A stretch of DNA of 64,000 nt from a virus. Lineage: Duplodnaviria; Caudoviricetes. The translations under genes were made by a program, and so were the position numbers. Positions 9,410-19,418 of this stretch are shown here, piece by piece; the first letter of the stretch is position 1, and the number at the start of each line of letters is the position of its first letter. The stretch is from the IMG/VR virus record IMGVR_UViG_3300032138_000647, positions 57,808 to 121,807 of that record; one strand, 5' to 3'. A model generated the notes under the pieces. The model ran no database searches and had not been told where the DNA came from. It saw only the letters and a program-made list of their open reading frames with translations.

Positions 9410-10179
9410 TATAGACTCCCAACAAGCTTAGCTTTATGTATCAGTGGTTCGAGTTTGCTTAATGGAATTACATTTTCCCCGTCAGACATGGCTTCGCTTG
9501 GTCGAGGGTGGGTCTCTGCGAACACCCCGTCGTAGTTGAATAAATCGGCAGCTACTAAGTATCTACCCGCTAGAATTGGGTCACCCTGTGTTCCATACAC
9601 GTCCCTAGATCTTTGTGTAGCATGGGTACAGTCTAATATCACTTTATTATAGTGCTTTTTTAGCTCATCTACAATACTAAAATTTACAAATAATTCATGA
9701 TATCCAAAGTTAGAACCTCTGTCACATGCCCAAGCTTCACAGTCAGGGTTGACGGCTTTTATTTTCTCTAGTGAAAAAATTAAGCTGCTTGGCCCCATCC
9801 ACTGACCTTTCTTAACGTTGACTATCGGAAAATGCCTTGCAGCCTCTGTGATGAGATCAGTTTGCCTAGACAGGAAGGCTGGTATTTGGATTACGTCAAT
9901 CAGATCTGCCAACTCTTCTGCTTGCCAGCATTCATGTATGTCTGTAGTAAGCTTAAGGCGGGGATACAAGCTCTTGGCTTCACTCCAAATTTCTTTTGCA
10001 AGATCTAGTCCGGGACCACGCAGGCTGTGCACAGATGTCCTGTTGGCTTTATCAAAGCTAGCCTTCATGTACCAGTCGTCGTCAGGCTCCATCATTGAGC
10101 CTATAGACACCAAGCACTCCATGAAAAGCTCCCTGCTCTCAAGTGAGCATGGACCCAAAATCCAGACCTTATTTTTCAT
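9409..10179 (-). CDS. kdsA: KDO8P synthase (3-deoxy-D-manno-octulosonate 8-phosphate synthase)
   Basis: GPC, KASFDKANRTS, RGPG, TDIHE, QIPAFLSRQTDL, NVKKGQ, RGSNFGY, DCTH, ETHP...SDG. Confidence 0.93.
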   Translation of the reverse strand: MKNKVWILGPCSLESRELFMECLVSIGSMMEPDDDWYMKASFDKANRTSVHSLRGPGLDLAKEIWSEAKSLYPRLKLTTDIHECWQAEELADLIDVIQIPAFLSRQTDLITEAARHFPIVNVKKGQWMGPSSLIFSLEKIKAVNPDCEAWACDRGSNFGYHELFVNFSIVDELKKHYNKVILDCTHATQRSRDVYGTQGDPILAGRYLVAADLFNYDGVFAETHPRPSEAMSDGENVIPLSKLEPLIHKAKLVGSL

Positions 10180-10546
10180 CTATCGAAGCTCCGCCTGTAT
10201 CTATTCTAACAATATCCTTAGCGTCTAGCTCGTCAGTCCAATAAACCTCCAAAGCTTTGGTGTTTTCTAATGCCTCGAATCGGTGCTCTACTTCTGGGGG
10301 GACATCAGAAAACATCCCGTCTGTGAGAATGGTTATGTCTTCCCCCCCATTCTTGTAGATGGTGATCTTAAGCGAGCCTTCCAAGATAATAAACCTATTC
10401 CACTTATTTTTGTGGTAATGGCGAGAGCAGAACCCTCCCTTGTTGGCTTCTATGTAGTGAACTTCGCTACTGCTGTTTTCAAAAAAGCACCTAGTGCTTC
10501 CCCAAAATTTGCCTTGTATTGAACCTGTTAAAGTTTTATGACCCAT
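10169..10546 (-). CDS. Cupin-fold protein (sugar isomerase-like)
   Basis: SRHYH...FIILEG...VPPEVEHRFEA two-motif cupin; overlaps the kdsA start. Confidence 0.75.
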   Translation of the reverse strand: MGHKTLTGSIQGKFWGSTRCFFENSSSEVHYIEANKGGFCSRHYHKNKWNRFIILEGSLKITIYKNGGEDITILTDGMFSDVPPEVEHRFEALENTKALEVYWTDELDAKDIVRIDTGGASIDEK

Positions 10547-10564
10547 GCTGTTGTCCTCTATATC

Positions 10565-11542
10565 TTATGAAAAGTGACGTTTAATATATTCCCACGCTTC
10601 CCCAGACTTCAATTCTTCTTGGTTCCATTGGGCATAGCCCAAGTTGTTGCACCACTGGGTTAGGTCTCCCCTCTTAGGGCTGTTTATTTCGCATATGTCG
10701 TGACTACATTCGTCGTAGGCTACAGAGTCTCTGGAGGTTGTAATTGCGGGGTAGCCACTTAGTAGGGAGTCAATAGCTCCATTGCTGGCACAGGAAACTA
10801 CACACCAACTATCTATGAGATAGTCGCACATTTTAGCCTCCTCTCCGGCTGACACCATGAAGCCTAGTATATCATAGCTTGCAAAGCATGGGAGTACAAT
10901 ACAATTCTCCACAGGCTGGGGCTTGTACCGCTGCATGCGATGGGGCTTATAGATAATTTTCTTATCGGTGTGCTTTCTTATTTCTTTCAGGATAAAGTTA
11001 GACCAATCCAGAAACGATAAGCCTTTTTCTCTTAAGGTTTTTGTTCCTTGGCCGTGCTCGTTTTGGCCCAGAACCAATATGTTGTTTCCACCTTCTGCCC
11101 ACTGCGGAATTGGTATACCTAGCTTATTCCATCTGTCTGATGGGCTGTTGGCAGTGTGTAGAAGTCCGGGACGCTTGATCTCGTTGATGCAGATTGAGAA
11201 AAAATCCCGGTGCCAGACAAAACCCCTGTCCAGTATAACCCTAGGTTTGTTGTTCTTCTTTTGAACATGGACAATGCCTGCCCTAAAGTTTTCTATACCC
11301 TCTTCAAAAGCTCCGCATGGTCTCCCTTCGCTATATGCCATAAGCGGCCCAGTATCATCATCAGAATAATGTTGGTCGGCAACTTGAATCGAAACGTCGC
11401 ACTCGGCTCCCAAAAACTCCAACTGTTTCTGCTCCACAATAGGAATAGGTTGATCTCCGTGGCTCAACACCCCCTCCGCAAAGGCATCCGTCCAAGACCG
11501 CGCCCCTTCCGAAAGCTTGGTTAAGCATACGCCAACAATCAT
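10565..11542 (-). CDS. KpsS/capsule-synthesis-like glycosyltransferase
   Basis: ILVLGQ, IIYKPH, WCVVSCASNGAIDSLLSGYP; paralogue of 16377-17282. Confidence 0.6.
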   Translation of the reverse strand: MIVGVCLTKLSEGARSWTDAFAEGVLSHGDQPIPIVEQKQLEFLGAECDVSIQVADQHYSDDDTGPLMAYSEGRPCGAFEEGIENFRAGIVHVQKKNNKPRVILDRGFVWHRDFFSICINEIKRPGLLHTANSPSDRWNKLGIPIPQWAEGGNNILVLGQNEHGQGTKTLREKGLSFLDWSNFILKEIRKHTDKKIIYKPHRMQRYKPQPVENCIVLPCFASYDILGFMVSAGEEAKMCDYLIDSWCVVSCASNGAIDSLLSGYPAITTSRDSVAYDECSHDICEINSPKRGDLTQWCNNLGYAQWNQEELKSGEAWEYIKRHFS

Positions 11543-12279
11543 AGGTACTTTACTCCGTGTTTACGCCAATGGACGCCCTTGAAATGCTGGAGATATCCAG
11601 ACAGGTCTCCGTCCTGTACTACATGGTCGCTGTTGTTGCTGTGAGATACAATGTCTTTTGTTTTTATGTGAGGATTCTCTAATATTGCCACAGTAAGCAT
11701 CCAAGCATCGTCCCATCTACGGTAGTTTTGAAAGCTGCCGTCTGCGTACTTTTCAAAAATACACTTGAGCACCTCGTCTCCACCAACGGTTAAATCATAT
11801 CCTACTATGCCAGACTCTATTCCCGTCTTGTGCCACCGCCTGTGTGGCCCAAAGTGATAAAAAACAGCATGCCCATCGAGAACCTCGCCAATCTTGTTGG
11901 CTGTCAGTTTTTTATTAAACACCACATCGGAATCTAGAAAAACTAATTTTTCATACCCCAGCGTAACAGCATGATGCAGGGAAGCTATCTTTCTAAACCA
12001 CTCAGACGTTCTTTCGTGGAACCCATTTTCAAAAGTTCCCTCAAACGTTCCGCCTAGCCTGATGGGTATAATCCCCTTGTTGTTTTCTAGCCAGTCTTGC
12101 AGGTAGCTATCTTGATCAAGGTTGTGTAAGATAAACCTGTCGTGCTCAGGGAGGTCTATGTTTCCTTCATAAGCAATCAGAAGATCGCCCTCTGGCTCGT
12201 GTAGAATAAAGGATTCCAAAAGGTTTTTGCCAGTGGCGTTGTACAGGTGCTCATTAAAAGAGGTGACATAAAGAATCAT
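11539..12279 (-). CDS. GT-A fold nucleotide-diphospho-sugar transferase
   Basis: WFRK, LVFLDSDV (DxD), ESG, WDD, HFKG. Confidence 0.65.
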   Translation of the reverse strand: MILYVTSFNEHLYNATGKNLLESFILHEPEGDLLIAYEGNIDLPEHDRFILHNLDQDSYLQDWLENNKGIIPIRLGGTFEGTFENGFHERTSEWFRKIASLHHAVTLGYEKLVFLDSDVVFNKKLTANKIGEVLDGHAVFYHFGPHRRWHKTGIESGIVGYDLTVGGDEVLKCIFEKYADGSFQNYRRWDDAWMLTVAILENPHIKTKDIVSHSNNSDHVVQDGDLSGYLQHFKGVHWRKHGVKYL

Positions 12280-12282
12280 GGG

Positions 12283-12870
12283 TTAATTAACTCCTCTTTC
12301 ATTATACCCGTATTCGTTGTAGAACTTGGGCTGCGTTTCAAACAGTTTGGCAATAAGCGTATCATCAACACTCAAGCTTTTCGTTGCTGGGTTAGCCATG
12401 TGGACACCTACGCCCCTAATGATTTCGGAATTGAAATCCTCATTAAAGTAATTTAGAAACCCAATCAAATCCTCAGTAATATTTTCCACTTTTCCAATCT
12501 TGAGATCGTTGTTTCGGTATTTTGAGAAATATGTTTCAAAATAGTTAAAGACAATATTTTCATGTTGACAAATATTTGTGATGAATTGTAAAAATTGCGG
12601 GTGCTGACACTTCGATTCTAGATCATGCCTGTTATCCCAGTTCCAACCCTTTTTGTTTCTGTGTGCGTGCAGGCTTCTCAGCCAAGTGTATGGATGCCTC
12701 ACAAAAAATATGACCCCCATATTTTCGTCAACATCTGGTGTCAAATGAGCGCCGTGCTTATCCGGCAAATCCCTACTGAACGTGGTATTACTGCTAACCA
12801 AACATTTCCTAACAAACCTACCAGCGCATTTTGGAACATGCCCAACGGAGCAGTGTTTTAAGAATAGCAT
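12283..12870 (-). CDS. Sulfotransferase family protein
   Basis: HVPKCAG (5'-PSB-like) and FVRHPYTWLRS (3'-PB-like). Start refined using the GGAGG RBS. Confidence 0.7.
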   Translation of the reverse strand: MLFLKHCSVGHVPKCAGRFVRKCLVSSNTTFSRDLPDKHGAHLTPDVDENMGVIFFVRHPYTWLRSLHAHRNKKGWNWDNRHDLESKCQHPQFLQFITNICQHENIVFNYFETYFSKYRNNDLKIGKVENITEDLIGFLNYFNEDFNSEIIRGVGVHMANPATKSLSVDDTLIAKLFETQPKFYNEYGYNERGVN

Positions 12871-12871
12871 G

Positions 12872-13582
12872 TTAAACATCCTCCTTAGTAAACAAAAAAT
12901 CTCCATCATGTATTGCAACCATACCATCCCCCGCTGATATTTCTACACCATGTTCTACACTTTGTATTTCACGCAACCCTTCGTTTGGTCTAATATTATA
13001 AAAGCATCGGTATCCCCTACTGAAAAAGAATTCAAACGAGGTAGATGGGGGATATTTGTTGAACTTGTGGTAAATCTCCACCATACATGTAGGGTTGAAT
13101 TTATCTATCGTTTCTTGCGCCCCCTGCAACACATCAAGTTCAGTACCTTCTGTGTCAACCTTTATGAATCCCACGTTGTCTATATCCATACTGTCTATTG
13201 TACAAGCCTCAACCTCAATCGGAATGCCACCCACCAAGTTTTGGAAAGAACTATTTGACAGTCTCTTGTCATCAACGAAGAAGACGGACTTTCCATTGAA
13301 GTTTGACAACGCCAGATTGTATGTAGTGATGTTGTCGAATTGTGACTCAAGTTTTTTTAGCTGCTTATGTACCTCTGGCACCGCCTCAAAGGAATATACA
13401 TGCTTGGAGTGTTTGCAAAACCAAGTAGAATATATACCTGCCGCTCCCCCTATGTCAATAGTGTTCTTTTCTTTCGATAGAAATTCTTTCGTCTGACCCA
13501 ACATAAAATTCGCCGTGTGTAGATCGTATGACTTCTGGCTGAACACTCTCTTCTGTAAGACTTGATCGCTTAGTTGTCTCAT
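12872..13582 (-). CDS. FkbM-family methyltransferase
   Basis: IDIGGAAG, FEAVP, NLALS, IKVDTEGTELDVLQGA. Start refined to 13582 (TAATG overlap). Confidence 0.85.
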   Translation of the reverse strand: MRQLSDQVLQKRVFSQKSYDLHTANFMLGQTKEFLSKEKNTIDIGGAAGIYSTWFCKHSKHVYSFEAVPEVHKQLKKLESQFDNITTYNLALSNFNGKSVFFVDDKRLSNSSFQNLVGGIPIEVEACTIDSMDIDNVGFIKVDTEGTELDVLQGAQETIDKFNPTCMVEIYHKFNKYPPSTSFEFFFSRGYRCFYNIRPNEGLREIQSVEHGVEISAGDGMVAIHDGDFLFTKEDV

Positions 13583-14613
13583 TATGACCTCCTTATAGCT
13601 ATTTGTAAATTGATTCTTCGGCCAGACTTGCACGCTCCACCAACATGGCTCATAGCTGGATCAAATAATATTGCATTGCCCAGATTGGATGTGAATGGAA
13701 CTAGTTTTTTTTGAAGCTTACTATTTATCTCAGACCCATCAATACACAAGGGTCCGTATATAGAGGTCTTCCTTAACCTTTCAGGTAACGACATAAAAAA
13801 CCTACGCTTCAGTTCAGAGTCTAGGTAGTTTCCGGTGCAGTTTGCTTTAGCTGCCAGTCTGGTGTCTTGAGGTATAGAGTATCTGTGGCTTTGTGGTATA
13901 TAGGTAAACGGGCCGTCATCTAAACCAACGTCGTCTAGGTATAGAATGCACTTCATTGTACCACCCTTGGGATCAAAGTGGAGATTAAACAAATCAGTAC
14001 CGTAGCCTATGTCACTGAACACTTGCCTTAAGTGTATATCGCCCACCATAGCTACGTGAAGCGTTACGGTTGCTACATGCATACTATTATAACCAAAGTA
14101 GTCGTTGGCCCACCCCAAAATACCGTTACGTCTCAGAATGTCATCTACTATTCTAATGTAGTCTCCGTTTTTGTCGTAGCCTTTTGATCTGTCATAGGTG
14201 GAATATATACCACGGGATTCCGAGTTGATTAACTTGTCTATATCATTTTGTATATATGACTTAAGAGTTAGCATGTCTGAATCTGGCAGAGTGTATACAA
14301 CACTTCCATTCTCCGCTAGTTCCTGTGCTTGTTTTGGTAGGCTGTCAAAATCCTTAAAGCTATCAGACCTAGATTTGTTTTCCCAAGTGGATTGCTTATT
14401 TATATTTGCAAAAAACTCGTTCAGTAGCGTTAGTAATTTTGGAGTCTTTTGAAGATCCTGTGTCATTATACCCTTCACTTCTGGAAGAGATTTACCTACG
14501 TATTTTGATTCGTCAACTTCTGGATATCCCATTAGTGGCGGAACCATATTAGGGTCAGGCCAAATAAAATCTGTCACGCACTCTAGCGGGTATCCGGGTG
14601 ATCTGTTGTTCAT
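13582..14613 (-). CDS. PhyH-like Fe(II)/2-oxoglutarate dioxygenase
   Basis: LHFD (HxD), KCILYLDDV...GPFTYIPQSH, GNAILFD, SHVGG...R. Confidence 0.7.
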   Translation of the reverse strand: MNNRSPGYPLECVTDFIWPDPNMVPPLMGYPEVDESKYVGKSLPEVKGIMTQDLQKTPKLLTLLNEFFANINKQSTWENKSRSDSFKDFDSLPKQAQELAENGSVVYTLPDSDMLTLKSYIQNDIDKLINSESRGIYSTYDRSKGYDKNGDYIRIVDDILRRNGILGWANDYFGYNSMHVATVTLHVAMVGDIHLRQVFSDIGYGTDLFNLHFDPKGGTMKCILYLDDVGLDDGPFTYIPQSHRYSIPQDTRLAAKANCTGNYLDSELKRRFFMSLPERLRKTSIYGPLCIDGSEINSKLQKKLVPFTSNLGNAILFDPAMSHVGGACKSGRRINLQIAIRRS

Positions 14614-15296
14614 TGTTTAGTTTCCAATTGTGTGTTCATTTCTACCCACATCTCTGCGTAATCCACATCTCTACATTCGTCAAACCAAGGACCGCCATTT
14701 GTAAAGTGGATCACTGCCGGTGGAGTGTCAGGTTTTTCATACTCACCTTCTAACCAGTTCCACTCCAGCGGTAGTTCTCCTATTAAGTCGTCGTCCAAAA
14801 ATTGAAACCTGTGTAGGTAGGCTCCGGTTTCTGTGCTGGCAACCGTTGGGTCTAACATCCTGTTGGCCTCATGACCACAGTTCCAAAGAACACAGCTAGA
14901 CCAATTTTTTCTCGGATATGCTATCTGCTTTTGCCCATCCATCTTGGCCGCAGCTTTGGGGACATAGTCGTGCTTAACACACATTACTGCGTATTGATCA
15001 TCTGCCATGGAGAAAAGTTTTGCTACGTCTTTCGTGAACAGAAAGTCACAGTCTATGAATAAAGACCATCCTTCATATTCGGATAAGTACGGGGTTAAAA
15101 ATCTTGTATAAGTAAACTCAACAGAACCGGCTTCTGGTTGTTCTCTGAAATATTCTCCCGTATCCATTAAATCGCTGCGAACAATTGGCTGAATATTTAG
15201 TTCTACTGAAGAGTGTTTCAGCAGCGAGTGTACACAAACATCATATGCATCTTGCTCCCTAGAATCCCACCCGATAAAGACTTTGTTATTTCGCAC
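14610..15296 (-). CDS. Glycosyltransferase (GT8-like)
   Basis: VFIGWDSRE, EFTYTRFLTP, FIDCDFL, YPRKNWSS, WNWL, IHFTNGGPW. Confidence 0.85.
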   Translation of the reverse strand: MRNNKVFIGWDSREQDAYDVCVHSLLKHSSVELNIQPIVRSDLMDTGEYFREQPEAGSVEFTYTRFLTPYLSEYEGWSLFIDCDFLFTKDVAKLFSMADDQYAVMCVKHDYVPKAAAKMDGQKQIAYPRKNWSSCVLWNCGHEANRMLDPTVASTETGAYLHRFQFLDDDLIGELPLEWNWLEGEYEKPDTPPAVIHFTNGGPWFDECRDVDYAEMWVEMNTQLETKQ

Positions 15297-15301
15297 TATT
15301 G

Positions 15302-15832
15302 CTACTCCTTAAAACAGACTATGTCTAAATGCCAAGGTTTATTTTTTTGTCTTTGGAAGTTTATATACCCAGACGATTCTAACAGTTCCTTTAGAGAACG
15401 TTCATCATACCCACTTTTATGAACGTCCCACAGGGTGTCAAAGGAGGTAAGGTGTGCCGATTTTCCGTGCTCTCTTTGAGCGCCATAAAACCCTTTGATG
15501 GCATGGTTAAAACTTTTAGCCCTTGTGTTTGTCTGCCGGTTATTATAGAACTCTATATATTCATTTACGTGATATTTTAAGTCGGGCATTATTAGGTGAA
15601 TTTTGCCTCCACCCTTTAGTATATTAAACCAAACACGCAAAGTTTCTCTCCCCTGAGCAAAGGTTAAATGCTCAAACATATGACTAGAATGTATGACTTC
15701 TACTGTTCCTGCGTCTACATATTTGTCGATTTCCCAGCAGTTGCACACGTATGTAACATTTTCAATATCGCGTACATCGCAACAGGTAAATCCCTTGTTA
15801 GCTCTAGAACTACCACCAAATTCAATTTTCAC
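15302..15832 (-). CDS. Class I SAM-dependent methyltransferase
   Basis: IEFGG, SSHMFEHL, LKGGGKI. Confidence 0.75.
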   Translation of the reverse strand: MKIEFGGSSRANKGFTCCDVRDIENVTYVCNCWEIDKYVDAGTVEVIHSSHMFEHLTFAQGRETLRVWFNILKGGGKIHLIMPDLKYHVNEYIEFYNNRQTNTRAKSFNHAIKGFYGAQREHGKSAHLTSFDTLWDVHKSGYDERSLKELLESSGYINFQRQKNKPWHLDIVCFKE

Positions 15833-15834
15833 TG

Positions 15835-16380
15835 CTATGCTCCATTATCTCGTCTAAAAAACATGCCTGTCATTTCCATGAAGCTTTTGTTATTTTTTTT
15901 ATTCATAGTCGAATGTTCTATTATCTGCTTGGTAATATCGCCATCATATGTAAGGCCGTAGTTAGAAAAAACTTCAATCCAATATTCTCTAGGCTGACAG
16001 TTTACATGATGGTGGCCGGGATATCCCGGCGGGGCAGCGGTGCAAATAACAAACTTGCACTTAGAAAATACATCCATATAGTTTGGTTGGTATTTTTCAT
16101 AGACGTGTTCCAAAAATTCTACAGACCAGCCTAAATCAAAATCCCCAATATCGTTAATAGCCCCTTTAGAAAAGTCATGTGTAAGCAATCCCTCTTGCTT
16201 GACTGACGGGTCACCGTCTATACCGAGCCACTGCACATTAAGTGAGTCAGCAGTTGTCTTCATTCCCGCAGGGCCACACCCCACGTCTACCATAGAGGAT
16301 ACGTGAAAATTGTCAACCAAAAAGGATAGAGCGCCACGATCTACCCATGTTCTACCCATGTGTCCTCCAAGGTGGCTCAT
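15835..16380 (-). CDS. Class I SAM-dependent methyltransferase
   Basis: VDVGCGP, GIDG, FDL..SVEFLEHV, GHHHVNCQ..YW. Confidence 0.8.
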   Translation of the reverse strand: MSHLGGHMGRTWVDRGALSFLVDNFHVSSMVDVGCGPAGMKTTADSLNVQWLGIDGDPSVKQEGLLTHDFSKGAINDIGDFDLGWSVEFLEHVYEKYQPNYMDVFSKCKFVICTAAPPGYPGHHHVNCQPREYWIEVFSNYGLTYDGDITKQIIEHSTMNKKNNKSFMEMTGMFFRRDNGA

Positions 16381-17282
16381 GTTATTACTCCTATCTGTCT
16401 AAACGGAATTCCTTTGGCTATTTCGTCTCCATTCCACTGAGTGTACGACAAGTCGCACAGCCACTGATGCCTTTCGGGAAGAATGGGGTTTTCTATGTTT
16501 AAGTCGTGGCCGCTAACATCCCAACTCATTGAGCCTTTATCTGAAACAAATGAGGGTACGCCGTATATGGCTGCTTCCACTGTTGAGTTTGAGTTGTATG
16601 ACACAACGCACCAAGCGTTGTCAAAGTCTTCCTTGAGAGTTGAGCCTGTTCTTGTTACTCTGTCGTTTTTAAGAGCGTCCTGTACTATAGCGCTGTACTC
16701 ATGGGCTATGGGGGTCTGTGCGCATCCCCCTTCAGAAATTTTCGGATGTTCCCTGATAACTATATCCCTTTGGCTGGATGACAGCAATGCCTCCACTGTG
16801 TTTTTAATATATGTCGGGTAGTGTGTATTGACAACTGCGGCATCCCATGGAAGCTGCAAGCAGAATAGCACACAACCGCTCTTGTTTACCTTCCATGGCT
16901 GAAGTTTTATGCCCCATTTATCTATACGCTTACTGTCCATGTTCTTATTGCAGAAGTTAGCCCTTCCGTTCAGGGCGTCCCATCCTACTGACCAGTATTC
17001 GGACCTCCTGTAGATAAACCCAAGATCAGTAACGATATGACGATCTCCGGCTTGTTTTTGGTGTTCCATAAGTCTACCAATCACCTGACCCCTTTCCGTG
17101 GCAGGCTTGTGTCCACCTAACGCCACGGAGATGCTGCAAGAAATATCTGGGGACCACGACATCAGGTCTATCACTGTAGAATTCAAGCCGTGATCTTTCA
17201 ATACCTGATTGAGGCTAGAAAAGGATCGCCGCCAAAAGTCTGGAGCAACCGGTGGAACAAACAGTACGATGTCATGTCTCAT
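16377..17282 (-). CDS. KpsS/capsule-synthesis-like glycosyltransferase
   Basis: LQLPWD, IREHP, VVSYNSNSTVEAAIYGVP resemble KpsS/KpsC-type motifs (QxxxD, HP, NSxxxxEAxxxGxP). Confidence 0.65.
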   Translation of the reverse strand: MRHDIVLFVPPVAPDFWRRSFSSLNQVLKDHGLNSTVIDLMSWSPDISCSISVALGGHKPATERGQVIGRLMEHQKQAGDRHIVTDLGFIYRRSEYWSVGWDALNGRANFCNKNMDSKRIDKWGIKLQPWKVNKSGCVLFCLQLPWDAAVVNTHYPTYIKNTVEALLSSSQRDIVIREHPKISEGGCAQTPIAHEYSAIVQDALKNDRVTRTGSTLKEDFDNAWCVVSYNSNSTVEAAIYGVPSFVSDKGSMSWDVSGHDLNIENPILPERHQWLCDLSYTQWNGDEIAKGIPFRQIGVIT

Positions 17283-17289
17283 CTTGGTC

Positions 17290-17934
17290 TCATCTTATCC
17301 CGTAATTGCAGTTGTGTCTATCTAGTATGTCTATGCCATACTGATAGTTACTCTCATACCAGTCTTGTGGGCGGGCCACTTTAGGTACAGACTTGTTGAC
17401 TGTGAGATCGTTATACTGCCCACACTCTGAAACTCCAAATATCTCAAAGCTCCTGAAGCCAGCCAGTATAAGCCAGTATAGGGCTGTGTGGTATCCGCTA
17501 AGCAGAAATGGAAATAAAACATCGTCTCCTCTTGGGTGTATATCCATGCTGCTGTATCTTTCAGACTTGTCTTGAGTAAATAGTTTGTATGTATATATAT
17601 TGTTGCCTTCACAGTAGTTCTTCAGGGCTTGGTGGAACACATGTCTTTCTATCGGAATGTCTTCGTGTATTCCAGCCTGCCCATCTTCTGTTGCATGCAT
17701 CACCAATGGCACTATAACGTTGTCAACATGGTCTATATTGCCCGTCTCAAAAAACTCCACGTCGTTAGAAAACAAGAAATCGCATCGTTCAAAAAGATTG
17801 CAAGCGCTGGTAGTAACGGCCACATACTTGCCGTCCACGTGGCTTGGAGCATCTATAGACGAAGGCCCTTTGCAGCACAGCAGTACTGTCTTCGACGTAT
17901 CGAAATTATGATCTGCTAGTTTTTGTATGTTCAT
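17290..17934 (-). CDS. Hypothetical protein, Cst-II/MAF-like CMP-sugar transferase fold
   Basis: VLLCCKGPS...SG.TAL..LILAGF..FEIFGV pattern; coupled to kdsB. Confidence 0.4.
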   Translation of the reverse strand: MNIQKLADHNFDTSKTVLLCCKGPSSIDAPSHVDGKYVAVTTSACNLFERCDFLFSNDVEFFETGNIDHVDNVIVPLVMHATEDGQAGIHEDIPIERHVFHQALKNYCEGNNIYTYKLFTQDKSERYSSMDIHPRGDDVLFPFLLSGYHTALYWLILAGFRSFEIFGVSECGQYNDLTVNKSVPKVARPQDWYESNYQYGIDILDRHNCNYGIR

Positions 17935-18625
17935 TTACAAACCTATCATAGTCTTCCTGAGTGTCTATACCTGTAGTTTGCATGTCCCTAACTAGAACCT
18001 TAACAGCAAGTCCGTTTTCTACCCACTGTAGCTGCTCTAAGTTTTCAGTTGGGTTGGCAGGCCCGTCTAGCATCCACATGGTTTCAAGAAACGAGGAACT
18101 ATAGGCGTACACTCCAATATGCTTAAGGCTAAGGTGTTTGCCCCCGTGAGGAATTGGGCTTCGGCTAAAATACATGGCTCTATCTTCGGTTCCTAGCACC
18201 ACTTTTACAACGTTGGGGTTAATATATTCCGAGTAGGAAGCTTTGGTTGCCAACGTGGCTATATTCCACCCATATTCTGGAGGGTCAAAAATTTCAAACA
18301 ATTCGTCTACGTAGGTCATGCCTACTGAAGGTTCATCTCCTTGAACATTAACAATAGACCCGCTTAACTCAAGGCTCTTGCACGCTGATGCTAACCTCTC
18401 TGTGCCAGAGGAACACTCCTCGGTCATAACGACTTGTGCTTCATCCTTTACGGCGTCTCTTATCTCTTCGCTGTCGGTTGCTACAATTATAGATGTAGCT
18501 AACTTGGATTGTTTTGCGTTTTGCACCGTGTGCCAGATTAAAGGGTGTCCCGTGTCGCTTTTAAGAAGCTTGCAGGGTAGCCTTTGTGACTCCAGCCTAG
18601 CCGGTATTATAATGTGATTAGACAT
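17906..18625 (-). CDS. kdsB: CMP-Kdo synthetase (3-deoxy-manno-octulosonate cytidylyltransferase)
   Basis: IIPARLESQRLP.K, VATD, SGTER, NVQGDEP, VKVV, YFSRSPIP, HIGVYAY, LEQL, IDT.ED. Confidence 0.93.
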   Translation of the reverse strand: MSNHIIIPARLESQRLPCKLLKSDTGHPLIWHTVQNAKQSKLATSIIVATDSEEIRDAVKDEAQVVMTEECSSGTERLASACKSLELSGSIVNVQGDEPSVGMTYVDELFEIFDPPEYGWNIATLATKASYSEYINPNVVKVVLGTEDRAMYFSRSPIPHGGKHLSLKHIGVYAYSSSFLETMWMLDGPANPTENLEQLQWVENGLAVKVLVRDMQTTGIDTQEDYDRFVNEHTKTSRS

Positions 18626-19418
18626 ATTTATTGCTGTAACCTAAACATTCGGACACATAAAAGTAGAACCTCTCTAAGCCGTGCTCTACATTTCCATCTG
18701 CCGCATAGTGAGGGGTAAAGAAGTTTGGATGAGCACATGCATGAGCCATGCTAACGATGTCTCTCTTCGCTAAGAATACGTTACCAGCGCAAAAATCTGG
18801 ATATTTATTTCCAACCAACCCTTCGTGTAAAGCTAAAACCCACTGAAGTTCTTTGAGCCACATTGTCGTGTGGCACGCGCCTACAACCTGATGTCTTCTT
18901 TCTAAGGGAACCCCTTGGTGTGTATCTATGATGTCGTGGATTTGGAGTATCTTTTGCTTGTGTTTCTCTGCGGACACAATTCCCGCGTCTTTTTCCCTAA
19001 TATAGTTGAGGCTCTCCTTTAAACCACCTTGAGTAATAAAGGGGTCTATTAATTCCTTTAGCCAGCCGCCACATGGGTCATTAGTTTTTTTATCGTGAGC
19101 ATATAGAACATACTTGGTATCGTCTTTATTCCTTGCGTGTGTATTATAAAACCCCCACTGATCTGTACCCTTGTTTTCCACAAGTGTTACTTCTATAGAA
19201 CTAAACAGATCTTGTGATTCCTTCATCAACATGTCGTTTGCGCTATCGTTGTCCTTGATGAGAGACATATAGACCTTACCCTTCCAGACGGAGCCTATCT
19301 GATTTAGCAACCAGATGCCGACTTCCTCATACATCAAGTGCATGTGTACAGACAGGTCTTTGTCCTCTTCACCAAGGGGCCTGACCCCAGACAGGTCTCT
19401 CATATTTATTTTCCCCAC
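18618..19418 (-). CDS. RgpF-like (rhamnan synthesis) glycosyltransferase
   Basis: VHMHLMY, VENKG.D, LYAHDKK, FCAGNVF, DG.VEHGLER. Confidence 0.65.
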   Translation of the reverse strand: MGKINMRDLSGVRPLGEEDKDLSVHMHLMYEEVGIWLLNQIGSVWKGKVYMSLIKDNDSANDMLMKESQDLFSSIEVTLVENKGTDQWGFYNTHARNKDDTKYVLYAHDKKTNDPCGGWLKELIDPFITQGGLKESLNYIREKDAGIVSAEKHKQKILQIHDIIDTHQGVPLERRHQVVGACHTTMWLKELQWVLALHEGLVGNKYPDFCAGNVFLAKRDIVSMAHACAHPNFFTPHYAADGNVEHGLERFYFYVSECLGYSNKYV

